Virus record (IMG/VR): IMGVR_UViG_3300042402_005048 | Coordinates: 1 to 27,621 of that record | Source: a virus | Taxonomy: Duplodnaviria > Caudoviricetes | Strand: one strand, 5' to 3' | DNA: 27,621 bases | Shown here: piece by piece, positions 8,671 through 17,782 of the stretch | How positions within the stretch are numbered: position 1 is the stretch's first letter | Layout of the letters: every line of letters begins with the position of its first letter | Position numbers and translations under genes: made by a program | The notes under the pieces: model-generated | Told to the model about the DNA's origin: nothing | The model's input: the letters and a program-made list of their open reading frames with translations, nothing else | Databases searched by the model: none

Positions 8671-9897
8671 TTAAACGCCAAAACGTTTTCTAAGAGATTG
8701 GTAATTTTGTAGTATTTCTGCTCCAGAAAGTCCTCGATTGTAGATTTTTGCATTACTGATATGGCCTTGGAAGTTATGTGTTCCGTCTACAATTGTTCCT
8801 CCATACGTTCCTAAGTAGTAGGTAGAAGAAGGAATGTTACCTGTTTGAGGGGTAGACCAAATTTCAACTCCGTTAACATATGCTCTAGAGGTTGAACCGT
8901 CGTATGTACCTGCAATGTGAGTCCAAGCATTATTAGGTATGCTTCCATTCCAGTTATAAAGTCTACTATTTGTTGTTTGGTTTGCCCAGTGCATAGCAAA
9001 AGTATTACCTCCGTCTACTGAATCAATAATACCTAAGTACATACTATTACCTGCTGATATTGCTCCACCTCTCTGTGTTCCTCCAATAGATCCTTTTGTT
9101 GGTTTAATCCAAGCCTCGCAGGTTATCTGAGTTGTGGGTTGGTTAACAAATGAATTTAATACTACGTAATCATTCGTACCATCAAACTTAAAGTAGTTAT
9201 CTTTTGTACCGTAAATCGGCAAACCAAAGTTTAAATGTGCAACGAAATCGGAGTTTGTAGGGTAGTTTTGAAAAGCCCATCCATAAGCATTACCGGCTCC
9301 TAGTCCTGGTTTTCCTACTAAAATCCATTCCGGAGAAGAAAATCCAATAATAGAATCTACATTACCCGGTGCTCCTAAGTCTCTGAGTATATTATACTGA
9401 GCTGTGGTGTGATTGCTGTCTCTGTGTGAACCGGCAACAATATGAATAGCATCTGGGTATGTATTTACTGCTGTTGCATATTCACTAACAAAAGTATCTA
9501 CAGCTGATGTTCCTACATAAGAATCGTAGACTGCTGTCTTAACCCAGGCTTGAGTTATATTATCATAAACAGCGTAGTTCAAAGCTCTACCGAATGAAAA
9601 GAATATACCTCCTCCTCTAACGTTTAAACCTGCGGCAATTCCGTTTCTACCAGCAGCATCTCCTCCGTAATTACCTTCCGGGTAATCAATAGCAAAGGCT
9701 GTATAGTAGGATAAATTACCTATATGAACTCCGTTTATTTGCTGTACTCCTTCAGAAGGAGATACTATATTTTTAATTAGAGAAGGTGCGGTATTAAATA
9801 AATCATTACCTAAAGAAGAAATACTCTTTCTATTAAATGCATCTACTGCAAATACTAATCCACTACTTGCTGCGTTTGGTCCGCCAACTACTCCCAT
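8671..9897 (-). CDS. LamG/concanavalin A-like lectin protein with inserted ILEI/PANDER-like domain (408 aa)
   Basis: GLVFAVDA...FDGTNDYV, ITCEAWIKP, WTHIAGTYDG...YVNG, KIYNRGLS..EILQNY...RFGV. Confidence 0.82.
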   Translation of the reverse strand: MGVVGGPNAASSGLVFAVDAFNRKSISSLGNDLFNTAPSLIKNIVSPSEGVQQINGVHIGNLSYYTAFAIDYPEGNYGGDAAGRNGIAAGLNVRGGGIFFSFGRALNYAVYDNITQAWVKTAVYDSYVGTSAVDTFVSEYATAVNTYPDAIHIVAGSHRDSNHTTAQYNILRDLGAPGNVDSIIGFSSPEWILVGKPGLGAGNAYGWAFQNYPTNSDFVAHLNFGLPIYGTKDNYFKFDGTNDYVVLNSFVNQPTTQITCEAWIKPTKGSIGGTQRGGAISAGNSMYLGIIDSVDGGNTFAMHWANQTTNSRLYNWNGSIPNNAWTHIAGTYDGSTSRAYVNGVEIWSTPQTGNIPSSTYYLGTYGGTIVDGTHNFQGHISNAKIYNRGLSGAEILQNYQSLRKRFGV

Positions 9898-9900
9898 ATT

Positions 9901-9909
9901 AATAAATAT
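9901..9909 (-). promoter_or_regulatory. ATATTTATW motif, putative late promoter
   Basis: Core ends 4 nt upstream of the ATG at 9897. Confidence 0.65.
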
Positions 9910-9910
9910 T

Positions 9911-11062
9911 TTAAATACCGAAACGATATCTGAGTGCTTGAAAGTTTTGCTGAACCTCAGCTGCTGTTAATGCTGCTTTATATGCTTTTACAACAGGTAT
10001 TTGACCTGGGAAGAAGTTATATCCTGATCCTCCACTCCCATCTACTCCTCTTGCCCCCATTGACAGTACGTTTGAGTTGCTTCCCATATTGCCTGATTGG
10101 GCTCTATTATAAACTTCTACTCCGTTTTTATACATTCTTTGATAAGACCCATCGTAAGTTACTACAGCATGATACCACGTGTTACTACTAACAGGAAAGG
10201 TTGAATCTCCATCCCAAGCCCAGTGCGGCTGCCAAGCATATTGGAAAACGCCTCCGTGAATTGCAGTTTCGTATAGATCTTCTTTGTTGTATAGAATACC
10301 TTCCCCTACACTTGCATTACTACAATTAAAAAATAATTCAATAGAGAATGGTGAAGATCCTGGGTCGAGATAAGTGGAGTCTGCTGTGAAAATTGAATCG
10401 TTAGTTCCATCAAATACTAATTGAGCATTATTATCAAAAGAAGCATTTGTTATGTTAATAACACCGTTACCTGTTAAATTTAATAATCCCTGAGTTGCAG
10501 ATCTAGTTCCTCCTGGTGTAATATAGGGGGTGGGATGTAATAAGCCTGGTTCTAATTGCCAATCACAAACCCAGCAAACACCATTATCTGATGTTGAAAA
10601 ACCTGTTAGCCATGGAGGTGAACTGTCTCCATTGTATGTACAATAACACCAAAACCATCCATCATCTATAGCTCTAACTGTTATACCCGGATAGGTAGCT
10701 ACCGCATCTACATAGATATACCCATTACTAAAATAAGGAGTATGTCCATCAGCCCATTTTATCTTAAAAGAATATGTAAATTGACCACTAGAAGTAGCTG
10801 TATAATTACCTGGTCGAGGATATCTATATATGTTCCATTGACCTGAATTAGCCGTAATTCTTTTAGCATCTCCCCCTTCATAACCTCTTCCTGGAGCATC
10901 AACAAATGTTACACCTGCGTAATCAGCATTAAAAAAGCCTTGCATGCTGAACAGTGCTAAGTTAGTAGATGGTTCTCCAATATATGAAGTTAATGTATTG
11001 CCTAAATCGTAAGCAAATACTAATCCTGATTCGGCGGTATTGGGTCCTGCTGCTCCTGCCAT
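9911..11062 (-). CDS. LamG-like lectin protein, long type with inserted CBM-like domain (383 aa)
   Basis: GLVFAYD..SYIGEPSTN[insert]RSATQGLLNL..FDGTND, WYHAVVTYDG..YKNG, EVQQNF..RFGI. Confidence 0.82.
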   Translation of the reverse strand: MAGAAGPNTAESGLVFAYDLGNTLTSYIGEPSTNLALFSMQGFFNADYAGVTFVDAPGRGYEGGDAKRITANSGQWNIYRYPRPGNYTATSSGQFTYSFKIKWADGHTPYFSNGYIYVDAVATYPGITVRAIDDGWFWCYCTYNGDSSPPWLTGFSTSDNGVCWVCDWQLEPGLLHPTPYITPGGTRSATQGLLNLTGNGVINITNASFDNNAQLVFDGTNDSIFTADSTYLDPGSSPFSIELFFNCSNASVGEGILYNKEDLYETAIHGGVFQYAWQPHWAWDGDSTFPVSSNTWYHAVVTYDGSYQRMYKNGVEVYNRAQSGNMGSNSNVLSMGARGVDGSGGSGYNFFPGQIPVVKAYKAALTAAEVQQNFQALRYRFGI

Positions 11063-11066
11063 TACA

Positions 11067-11075
11067 TATAAATAT
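11067..11075 (-). promoter_or_regulatory. ATATTTATW motif, putative late promoter
   Basis: Overlaps the upstream TAA (TAATATTTATA); 5 nt before the ATG at 11062. Confidence 0.65.
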
Positions 11076-11767
11076 TAGAGGCCGAAACGTCCTTTATTTA
11101 TATTATAATTTTTAAGTATTTCATCTGCTGAAAGTGCTCGGTTATAAACCGCTACAGGTCCCATTAGTCCATTAAAGTAACCAAAGCTCCACCAAGCTCC
11201 GATATTACCCATATTGTAATTACCCCATTCTATTCTTGGGTTTAAAGAAAAGTCTAAAGCTCCATTAACATACATTAAAACCGGACCTGTATTTGAAACA
11301 GGTCTAACCCAAGTTAAATGGACCCAGTTGTTGGTTGTTACGGTTGTTCCGGTTGATTGTCCACTATTCCATTGTCCATCATAATAGTAAAAATTCATTT
11401 TACCCGGACCGTCGATTGCTAATGCTAAATTTACCGGACCTCCACTCCAGTGGGAAAATAAACCTCCGTTGTGGGATGTTTTTACCCAGAACATTGCTGT
11501 AAAAGCACCGGTTAAGTAAATAGGATTACCGGTATTAGTTCCTTGATCAAATTTTACTTGGTCATCAGATCCATCAAACGATAAACACCCACCGTTACTA
11601 GTATTATAACTTATACCATTAACCATAGAACCTACTTTATACCCGTTAGTATAATTACCAGTACCGCTTAAATCAACCCAATTGGTTCCTGTACCAACAA
11701 CGTTAGCTGGTTCTAAGGCTAGAATTAAGCCTGTGTCTGTTGGGTCTGGTCCTCCTAGTAATGCCAT
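11075..11767 (-). CDS. LamG-like lectin protein, short type (230 aa)
   Basis: WVDLSG, FDGSDD, FWVK, WVHLTWV, YVNG, VYNRALSADEILKNY..RFGL. Confidence 0.85.
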   Translation of the reverse strand: MALLGGPDPTDTGLILALEPANVVGTGTNWVDLSGTGNYTNGYKVGSMVNGISYNTSNGGCLSFDGSDDQVKFDQGTNTGNPIYLTGAFTAMFWVKTSHNGGLFSHWSGGPVNLALAIDGPGKMNFYYYDGQWNSGQSTGTTVTTNNWVHLTWVRPVSNTGPVLMYVNGALDFSLNPRIEWGNYNMGNIGAWWSFGYFNGLMGPVAVYNRALSADEILKNYNINKGRFGL

Positions 11768-11770
11768 AAT

Positions 11771-13042
11771 TTATATTCCAAATCTTGTTTTAAGTGCGTT
11801 ATAGTTAGTTAATACTTCTGAGGCTGATAATATTTTTGAGTATAATTTAAATACTGGTATTGTTCCTACTAAAAAATCATTTCCCCATCCTTGACCTACA
11901 CTTGTATTATAACTCTTACCTAAATCTAAAATATTACTTCCAACATAGTTACCGGGAGTAGGCCACTGTGCATAAGTGGCAACATCAAAAGTCTGTGCTG
12001 CTTCTAAGACTCCATTTACAAACATTTGCATAACTCCAGTAGTTGTGTTTTTATTAAATACTACGTGGTAAGTTTTATTTGCAGTAACAGTTGTAGTTGA
12101 GGTTACTCCTCTATAAACTTGTGCAGCAGCAATTACGGAAGCATTAAATGTATTGTCGTCTTGTATATAAACCATCCCAATAGTTGGTTGTGAATAACCG
12201 TCGTTGTGTCTATATCCACCTACTGTCATTCTTCTGTTTATTACTGTCGGTGTTACTACAAATTCAATTGCACTTGAACTTAAATAACTGTGGATTGTTT
12301 CTATCCCATGAATTTTATCATTAGTTCCATCAAAAGTTATCTGTGCCGTACTGTTAAAAGATACGTCTGTTAGATTAACAGTAGAATTTCTAGCCATATC
12401 TAACAACCCTTGAGTTACAGACCTAGAAGTAGGAGTGTATTGAGTGGCATGAGTTTTACTTACCTCCATTTGAGGGTTACGGTAGTATATCTTTATATTA
12501 TTAGCATCTGGGAAAAAGCTATCTAAAGGATAAGCTGTTGGTGATCCTCCACTCCATGATTTCATGTAAACTACATATTGTACTTTTTGCCACGTATTTA
12601 CCATGTCTTGAGTATATGTAGTTCCTCCGGTTGATATAAAAGTTAAGTTTGTAAAAGAAGTTCTTCCGGAATCATTTCCATCCCAATCTCCTCCATACTG
12701 GTTAGAGTCAAGACTCCAACTCCATCCATGTTGAGGGCTTTGACATTCAAATGAAACTACATAAGGTACTCCGGTTGTTAAAGGACGTACACCGTTATCT
12801 CTAACTCTTAGCCCCGTATACCAAGGAGCATTTACAGTATCTTTAATAATGTAGTTTCCTATACTATCACTACCGTTTTGAATATAAGGAGTAAAATCAG
12901 GATAATCAGATTGGAAAGCCATAGCTGTTGTACCGAATAAATTTTCGGTCGGTTCCCCAACATAAGATTTTACAGTATTACCCGTATCGTAATAGAATAC
13001 GATTCCATCTTCAATTATATCAGGTCCGGCATTTGCTGCCAT
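11771..13042 (-). CDS. LamG-like lectin protein, long type with inserted CBM-like domain (423 aa)
   Basis: GIVFYYDTG..SYVGEPTEN[insert]RSVTQGLLDM..FDGTND, YHVVF, FVNG, EVLTNYNALKTRFGI. Confidence 0.82.
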   Translation of the reverse strand: MAANAGPDIIEDGIVFYYDTGNTVKSYVGEPTENLFGTTAMAFQSDYPDFTPYIQNGSDSIGNYIIKDTVNAPWYTGLRVRDNGVRPLTTGVPYVVSFECQSPQHGWSWSLDSNQYGGDWDGNDSGRTSFTNLTFISTGGTTYTQDMVNTWQKVQYVVYMKSWSGGSPTAYPLDSFFPDANNIKIYYRNPQMEVSKTHATQYTPTSRSVTQGLLDMARNSTVNLTDVSFNSTAQITFDGTNDKIHGIETIHSYLSSSAIEFVVTPTVINRRMTVGGYRHNDGYSQPTIGMVYIQDDNTFNASVIAAAQVYRGVTSTTTVTANKTYHVVFNKNTTTGVMQMFVNGVLEAAQTFDVATYAQWPTPGNYVGSNILDLGKSYNTSVGQGWGNDFLVGTIPVFKLYSKILSASEVLTNYNALKTRFGI

Positions 13043-13317
13043 TAGTAAGGCATTGGAGGATTAGGATCAGTCCATTCTGGTGTAGCTAAAATAACTAAAA
13101 TTTCATCGTAGGTGTAAGGACCTTCTTTAGTAGTTAAGTTAGCAACACACTCAGGCGTTGTTCCATCCCATTTTACAAATGTTTTTGTTTCGTCAACAGA
13201 CTTACGTACTGTGTCGGCAGATGTTTCTAAAACTTCAGTAAAAACGATTTGATCTAATTCTGATACGTTGAATATCATAAATTCTCTGTTGTCGTATTCT
13301 TGTAATTGTGTTTCCAT
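13042..13317 (-). CDS. Small acidic phage protein (91 aa), paralog of 17081..17419
   Basis: Shares F..VL....D..R.S.D...TFVK and L.[TG]PEWTDPNP with 17081..17419. Has its own ATATTTAT motif. Confidence 0.8.
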   Translation of the reverse strand: METQLQEYDNREFMIFNVSELDQIVFTEVLETSADTVRKSVDETKTFVKWDGTTPECVANLTTKEGPYTYDEILVILATPEWTDPNPPMPY

Positions 13318-13321
13318 TTAT

Positions 13322-13330
13322 TATAAATAT
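13322..13330 (-). promoter_or_regulatory. ATATTTATW motif, putative late promoter
   Basis: Overlaps the upstream TAA; 5 nt before the ATG at 13317. Confidence 0.65.
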
Positions 13331-14037
13331 TATAGTCCGTATCGGGTTTTAGTTGCGTTGTAATTCTGGAGGACTTCTGCTGCTGATAGAGTCTTATTAT
13401 ACGCTCTAGTAATAGCTACCCTACCTGGAAAACATTGTAAATTAACATCTGCTCCTATATATACTGGTGTTGAATTTGATCCGGGATTTATTGTTTGAGT
13501 TCCTGTAGTTATTAAGCTGCCATTTTCATATAACCTAATAGTACTCCCATCTAAAGTCATAACTACATTCAAATAAGTATCAGAAGCGCAACCTCCTCGA
13601 ACAACAATGTTGTTACTTCCTCCGTTTCTCATACCGCAGCCCCAAGTATAGGGAGAGCTATAGTTTCTAAAAACAAATAAAGACCATCCGTTTGTATCCC
13701 ACCCAGCAGTAGCGCCTTTGCTTACTAGGTTAGGGTATTGAGATCCACCTGTCCAAGAACTGGGTATGTACATCCAGGCTTCTATACTAAATACTCCGCT
13801 TGTGAATCCAAGACTAGGTTGATCTCCTAGAGTTACATAGTCGTCTGCCCCATCAAACACAATAGATCCTAAATTAGCCGAACTAAAAGTAGGTCCGTTA
13901 GTTAATATTCCGTTATTATTATTCCTAGAAATATCAGTCCATGTTGTTCCTGTACCGGGATAAGACTTAGTATTAGCTGCATCTAGATACATTACTAATC
14001 CGTCGGTTACTATTAGGGGTGAGTATGATGTTGTCAT
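13330..14037 (-). CDS. LamG-like lectin protein, short type (235 aa)
   Basis: IVTDGLVMYLDAANTKSYPGTGTTWTDIS, FDGADDYV, FSIEAW, YNKTLSAAEVLQNYNATKTRYGL. Confidence 0.88.
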   Translation of the reverse strand: MTTSYSPLIVTDGLVMYLDAANTKSYPGTGTTWTDISRNNNNGILTNGPTFSSANLGSIVFDGADDYVTLGDQPSLGFTSGVFSIEAWMYIPSSWTGGSQYPNLVSKGATAGWDTNGWSLFVFRNYSSPYTWGCGMRNGGSNNIVVRGGCASDTYLNVVMTLDGSTIRLYENGSLITTGTQTINPGSNSTPVYIGADVNLQCFPGRVAITRAYNKTLSAAEVLQNYNATKTRYGL

Positions 14038-14756
14038 TATATCCCAAACCTTCTCCTTAAGGCATTATAATTTTGTAATAACTCAGTATCTGTTAGTGCT
14101 CTATTATATATATACAAACATCCAAACTTACCTTTAAATAATTCAAAATAACCATTGCTTCCTATATATAAGGTTGATGTATTACCGGTAGTTGTTAACC
14201 CACCATTAGTACTAACTTGTACTCCGTTCAACCAACCTTGTGTTCCTCCAGCATTAGAAACCCGGGTTTGTAGCATATTAAATTTAGTTCCTGTGTAGTC
14301 AGCATTTGTAAATAAATTACCTACTGAGTTTACAGCTCCTGGGCATTCTATATGGTAATACCTATCATCTTGGTTAACTGAGGTTCCAGGTCTTTGGTTT
14401 CCTTCTTCTCCTTTTGTTACCATACACATCCAACCATAATCACCACCTACAGGAGTTTTAGTTTCCATTGCACAAATAAACTGAACTGTAACGTCTGTTA
14501 AGTTTTGTAAAGTTGCACTATTAGCTACTGTAAAAATATTATTTGCTCCTGTTGATCCGTCTGAGGCAGCAAAGGTAAAATACCCCGCTGAATTCCAAAC
14601 TGGATTAGCCGCATTTCCATTTTTAGTAGCGTGGTTAGCGTTACCGGATAGATCATACCATGTATTCCCTGTTCCAGGATATGAATTTGGGTTAGCAGCA
14701 TCTAATGCTAATACTAATCCGTTTGTTACTACTCTTGGTGAATAATAAAATGCCAT
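14037..14756 (-). CDS. LamG-like lectin protein, short type (239 aa)
   Basis: VVTNGLVLALDAANPNSYPGTGNTWYDLSG...IYNRALTDTELLQNYNALRRRFGI. Confidence 0.85.
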   Translation of the reverse strand: MAFYYSPRVVTNGLVLALDAANPNSYPGTGNTWYDLSGNANHATKNGNAANPVWNSAGYFTFAASDGSTGANNIFTVANSATLQNLTDVTVQFICAMETKTPVGGDYGWMCMVTKGEEGNQRPGTSVNQDDRYYHIECPGAVNSVGNLFTNADYTGTKFNMLQTRVSNAGGTQGWLNGVQVSTNGGLTTTGNTSTLYIGSNGYFELFKGKFGCLYIYNRALTDTELLQNYNALRRRFGI

Positions 14757-14757
14757 A

Positions 14758-14982
14758 TTATATAAACCTTTCTACTTCTACAATGTTTAAAACAGGTGAA
14801 TTTATTAGTTGTATTTCCCAATTATCGAAATAAACACTGTCCATTTCACCTTCAAAAAATTTTAAATTTAATTCTTGAAATACAACTTCACCTGTTTCTA
14901 TATAAGTAACAATTTTATTCCATGTATCTCCTGTTTTTGAGAATACTAATTTCATTGGTTTTATTTGAGTATTTCCTGGCAT
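14758..14982 (-). CDS. Hypothetical protein (74 aa)
   Basis: Fills the gap exactly (1 and 3 nt spacing) on the coding strand. Confidence 0.65.
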   Translation of the reverse strand: MPGNTQIKPMKLVFSKTGDTWNKIVTYIETGEVVFQELNLKFFEGEMDSVYFDNWEIQLINSPVLNIVEVERFI

Positions 14983-14985
14983 ATG

Positions 14986-15729
14986 TTATTTTATGAATAC
15001 TGCTCCATAGTTATGATAATCTCCTCCTGATGAGTCCCAGTAAGGAGCATCTTGATATCCTCCCCCTGCTAAATAGTTACCTGACCAACAGCTACCATAC
15101 CAGAATGGATTATTATTGTAGTAGGTAGCACATCCGTTCCAAAACTGCCAATTGTCGTAAGTAGTTAATGGAAAACTGTTAGCGGCATGGTAAGTAAGAA
15201 ATCCTGGAGCTCCAGTACCTGTTTCATCAGCAATACCGGTTGCGTTAACCATATTAAAAGTTTGAGAACCCGGGTTATATATACCATTATTAAAATTAAA
15301 TCTCCACCTGTATCTTTTTGTTTGTGACCCTGTTGATCCTAAAGGTACAGGAGATGTTGAGACATATTGTACTACTGTAATATTTCCTGTTGAAACTCTA
15401 CCTGCTAAATATTGCCAAAATTTTACTCCTATAAAACTGTTATATCCTGATACTCCGGTTAATCCTTTAACACCTCTAGAAGTATTTGATCCATTATTAG
15501 TACCTGGGTTTCTAAAATTACAAGTATTTACAGCATCGTAATAACTTAAGTTACTCATTCCACCAGTATAAGCAGTATTGTTTATTACTTGTACCCAACC
15601 CCCACCATCATAATCTTGGTCTACATAAGATACTACAGGTCCTACGGGTGTATTAATAGCATAAAAACCAGATGGACCAGTTATGTCAAAAGCACTATTA
15701 TATATTTCCCCTCCGTAAAAATTTCCCAT
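14986..15729 (-). CDS. Fibrinogen C-terminal-like (FReD) domain protein (247 aa)
   Basis: SGFYAI...YVDQDYDGGGWVQV and LTTYDN...CATYYNNNPFWYGSCWSGN resemble the FReD motifs SGxY...CDMxxDGGGWxV and FSTxD...CA...WWYxxC. Confidence 0.7.
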   Translation of the reverse strand: MGNFYGGEIYNSAFDITGPSGFYAINTPVGPVVSYVDQDYDGGGWVQVINNTAYTGGMSNLSYYDAVNTCNFRNPGTNNGSNTSRGVKGLTGVSGYNSFIGVKFWQYLAGRVSTGNITVVQYVSTSPVPLGSTGSQTKRYRWRFNFNNGIYNPGSQTFNMVNATGIADETGTGAPGFLTYHAANSFPLTTYDNWQFWNGCATYYNNNPFWYGSCWSGNYLAGGGYQDAPYWDSSGGDYHNYGAVFIK

Positions 15730-15730
15730 A

Positions 15731-16906
15731 TTATCGTAAATAAACTTGTACGTGTGATAAATATTGTGCCTCGTCTGCTTGAATTTGATCGGCCCCCATT
15801 ACGTGACGAGCAGTGAACGAATTTGCTGTGTGACTGTACCATCCTGTATCGATGCTTAGATAACCATCTTGTCCATATCCTCCTCCAGCCCAAGGACGGT
15901 AAGTATATGTTTGATGACCACTCCAAGGAGCAATTACTCCTGAATCTTGAACACTAATTCCAGGTTCTTGATTGTATTGTTTAATAAATCTTAATTTTTC
16001 GGTTTCACCTCCAGATGAATTCATTGTAAATAACTGGTTAGTTTCGTTATCTAACGAATCTACTAAATGCCAAAATACTTTATAACGTACTTCGGTATGA
16101 ACCGGTAGACTAGTTAATGTTAAAGTATAAGTAGCAGGGCCCGTAGTCCAACCGTGTGCATTTACTTTACCTAATCCACCAAATTGGTTCATGGTGTAGG
16201 TTGTTGAATTATTCCAGTTTGCTACGTAAGGAGCAGCATTGTTTCCTTCTGAATAAGCGTATATAAAACGGCTTTTATATGCATTGTAAATCTGTATAAT
16301 TTCATCATCATTTAAAACTCGATTATAACAAAGTAAATTAGCAATTTCACAATCTGAATATTGTCCGTATTGATTATTTAAATTCCATCCGTTTGGACCT
16401 TGAGATCCTGCTGTTGAATTTCTTACAATATTAGTATCGTTAATAAACAGACTGTATTGATCACTTGAAATATTACCAGTGCCTGTAAACATTCTCCAAA
16501 CTGTGTCTGATGGAGGGGATCCTACATCGTTAACCCAACCTTCGGCATAATAGTCTCCGTAAGTACTATCGTGATGAGCTAGTAGCCAGTTGTTATTGTA
16601 TGCTGTAATAGTTCTACCATTATTACCATTGGCTAGTTTTCTAACCCAGCTAATAACAGTAAAGTTACTCGATGCTAGGTTTAAGGAAGTGTTTCGCCCG
16701 TATCCATTTCCATCTTGAGGAAAACGTAATACTTTTGAATTAGTGTATGTAGTTAGGGTAACAGAAGATCCTAAATCTAAATTATGGCCGTTTCCACTTA
16801 CATCGTACCAAGTAGTCCCACTCCCTGGATAGGATTTTGGGTTAGTAGCATCTACTGCCATTACTAATCCATTAGTAACTATATTAGGGGAGTTAAAAAA
16901 CGCCAT
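15731..16906 (-). CDS. LamG-like lectin protein with extra C-terminal domain (391 aa)
   Basis: IVTNGLVMAVDATNPKSYPGSGTTWYDVSG...YNRVLNDDEIIQIYNAYKSRF, followed by about 175 additional residues. Confidence 0.82.
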   Translation of the reverse strand: MAFFNSPNIVTNGLVMAVDATNPKSYPGSGTTWYDVSGNGHNLDLGSSVTLTTYTNSKVLRFPQDGNGYGRNTSLNLASSNFTVISWVRKLANGNNGRTITAYNNNWLLAHHDSTYGDYYAEGWVNDVGSPPSDTVWRMFTGTGNISSDQYSLFINDTNIVRNSTAGSQGPNGWNLNNQYGQYSDCEIANLLCYNRVLNDDEIIQIYNAYKSRFIYAYSEGNNAAPYVANWNNSTTYTMNQFGGLGKVNAHGWTTGPATYTLTLTSLPVHTEVRYKVFWHLVDSLDNETNQLFTMNSSGGETEKLRFIKQYNQEPGISVQDSGVIAPWSGHQTYTYRPWAGGGYGQDGYLSIDTGWYSHTANSFTARHVMGADQIQADEAQYLSHVQVYLR

Positions 16907-17079
16907 TATTTTTTGTCTTTATTGATCGGAAACATTTTATTCAAAGCCTCTTGTCTTGCTTCACAACCGCAGTCGTCTTTTCCCATTGCCGTAGCAACAC
17001 CTTTAGCTATCTGGTCTAGTTTAGTAGCTTGTGTAAACTTAGCAACAATGTCTCCGAGTCCTTTTATATCTTGATTCAT
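16906..17079 (-). CDS. Small CxC-motif phage protein (57 aa), absent from the ORF track
   Basis: MNQDIKGLGDIVAKFTQATKLDQIAKGVATAMGKDDCGCEARQEALNKMFPINKDKK. Starts 1 nt after the upstream stop and ends in a TAATG overlap. Confidence 0.85.
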   Translation of the reverse strand: MNQDIKGLGDIVAKFTQATKLDQIAKGVATAMGKDDCGCEARQEALNKMFPINKDKK

Positions 17080-17080
17080 A

Positions 17081-17419
17081 TTATTCTTGAATTGGGTTTG
17101 GATCTGTCCACTCAGGTCCTGCTAGTAAATCTAACATTGGCTGGTGCATATACTCTGGATAGATTCCATTATAAATATCTGGTCTTCCATAAGTACCTGC
17201 GGGGATTGTTGTTGATTCTTCTTGTCCAGTTTCAGGATTTATCCAAGTATAAGTTACTGGCTCATAAAGAACCTGTACTTCATACTTAACAAACGTTTCT
17301 AAACCGTCTAAAGAATAACGTAATGAATCCGGTCCTGCATCTAGAACTTGGCTAAAATTTACATTAGGTACTTCTGATGTTGGTATTACCAACCATCTTC
17401 TATTTGGAAACTGATCCAT
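17081..17419 (-). CDS. Small acidic phage protein (112 aa), paralog of 13042..13317
   Basis: NRRWLVI...VNFSQVL...LRYSLDGLETFVKY...LLAGPEWTDPNP. Confidence 0.8.
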   Translation of the reverse strand: MDQFPNRRWLVIPTSEVPNVNFSQVLDAGPDSLRYSLDGLETFVKYEVQVLYEPVTYTWINPETGQEESTTIPAGTYGRPDIYNGIYPEYMHQPMLDLLAGPEWTDPNPIQE

Positions 17420-17428
17420 GGTTTAAAA

Positions 17429-17761
17429 TTAAAATGATCCTGATCCTGTTGGTAAAGGTAAAGTTACCATAACAGGATGTTTAATTAATTCGATTTGAGC
17501 AGCAATGTTTGCTTGAATTTCTTCCATGTCTAAAATAGATTCTAACCATCCTGTTACGATAGTCAAATCTAAATCTGGGTAAGGAATAAAAGCTTCGGGG
17601 GTTGGGGTAGGAACCGCAGTTGCACTGTAAGTTTCATAAGTAACATCATCTTCGTCAGTTCCTCTGTAACGCCAGTGTACGGTCTGAACGACGTCAGACA
17701 TTCCATCTTCTGATACTCTGCAGTCTAATGCAGAAATGGTCCAAGTGTAAATAATTGCCAT
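17429..17761 (-). CDS. Small tail-fibre-module-associated protein (110 aa)
   Basis: YTWTISALD...DVVQTVHWRYRG...FIPYPDL....VTGWL, a pattern I associate with phage fibre modules. Has its own ATATTTAT motif. Confidence 0.72.
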   Translation of the reverse strand: MAIIYTWTISALDCRVSEDGMSDVVQTVHWRYRGTDEDDVTYETYSATAVPTPTPEAFIPYPDLDLTIVTGWLESILDMEEIQANIAAQIELIKHPVMVTLPLPTGSGSF

Positions 17762-17773
17762 AGTTTTGTTTAT

Positions 17774-17782
17774 TATAAATAT
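17774..17782 (-). promoter_or_regulatory. ATATTTATW motif, putative late promoter
   Basis: Overlaps the upstream TAA; 13 nt before the ATG at 17761. Confidence 0.65.

Noticed and set aside
8811-15926. Nested minus-strand ORFs 8811..8999 and 15681..15926
   Set aside because: Out-of-frame overlaps inside LamG/FReD genes with no motif or initiation context.
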